A DNA stretch of 40,994 nucleotides from Microcystaceae cyanobacterium (GTDB lineage Bacteria > Cyanobacteriota > Cyanobacteriia > Cyanobacteriales > Microcystaceae), in contig JBGTGT010000024.1 of the NCBI GenBank assembly GCA_041746575.1, positions 1-40,994 on the forward strand. Direction: 5' to 3'. The first letter of the stretch is position 1. Each line of letters begins with the position of its first letter. Shown here piece by piece: positions 40,584 through 40,994 of the stretch. Under the pieces are notes generated by a model, which saw only the letters and a program-made list of their open reading frames with translations, searched no databases and was not told the DNA's origin. A program made the position numbers and the translations under genes.

Positions 40584-40935
40584 AGGAAATCACTTAACTG
40601 CTGGCCGACGTTACTGCTCATCTGTTATTTTAAGACAAGATTGAGTCACATGAAATAGCGAATACATTTTAATTAAGAGGCATCCTTCGATGATCGCAAC
40701 TAAGATAAATTTTAAACGATAGACATCAGAGGCAAAAAGAATTCTGAGAAAAGCGACCACAAAAGAAGGAAACAATAGAAAGTAACCCAAAAACCTGACT
40801 CAATCGGCGAGTATTTGTTTTATTTCATCTCTCAAAGCGGCTAAAGCAATGCACAACGTGAGTTCGACGAGGGCAATTATCTTAATCCTTTTGTCTATTC
40901 TAATTGGGATTAGGAAAGAAAAACAAATTCTTGAT

Positions 40936-40994
40936 TGGGGGACTAGCCCCCCAAACCCCCCAACGGGGGACGGAGTGCCTCCCCCGTACCCCCT
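40936..40994. repeat. G/C-run multi-hairpin dispersed repeat (partial, runs off the window)
   Basis: GGGGGACTAGCCCCCC, CCCCC-AAC-GGGGG and GGGGGA-N-TCCCCC overlapping stems in AT-rich surroundings. Confidence 0.6.

Overview
Chromosomal window from a unicellular Chroococcales-type cyanobacterium (19 HIP1 GCGATCGC octamers counted; cyanobacteria-specific genes ebsA, mgdA, SLH porin). Most of it is housekeeping: GST, leuC, Fed3-type ferredoxin, mgdA, AI-2E permease, dnaJ-tusA, ebsA, DRTGG protein, putA, SomA-type porin, cobB, cysC, M48-like protein, topA, hslO, DUF1350 and an aldo/keto reductase. It also holds two surface-glycan gene groups. One is a WbgX/Y/Z-like amino-trideoxy-sugar pathway with an embedded Fe/2OG dioxygenase, placed directly behind dnaJ-tusA. 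The left end is a decaying locus: an IS630 insertion truncates a TPR-like gene and a DppC-like permease carries two in-frame stops. The most interesting signals are intergenic and absent from the ORF track: (i) an NsiR4-like sRNA with an NtcA-type promoter; (ii) a tandem pair of ~60-nt sRNA-like units sharing an identical 26-nt core but different terminators; (iii) a ~240-nt folded transcript with a perfect Shine-Dalgarno and a 23-codon microORF upstream of the porin; (iv) a Yfr1-complementary site on the porin RBS. Family and sRNA names come from recalled sequences and motifs; no database search was run.
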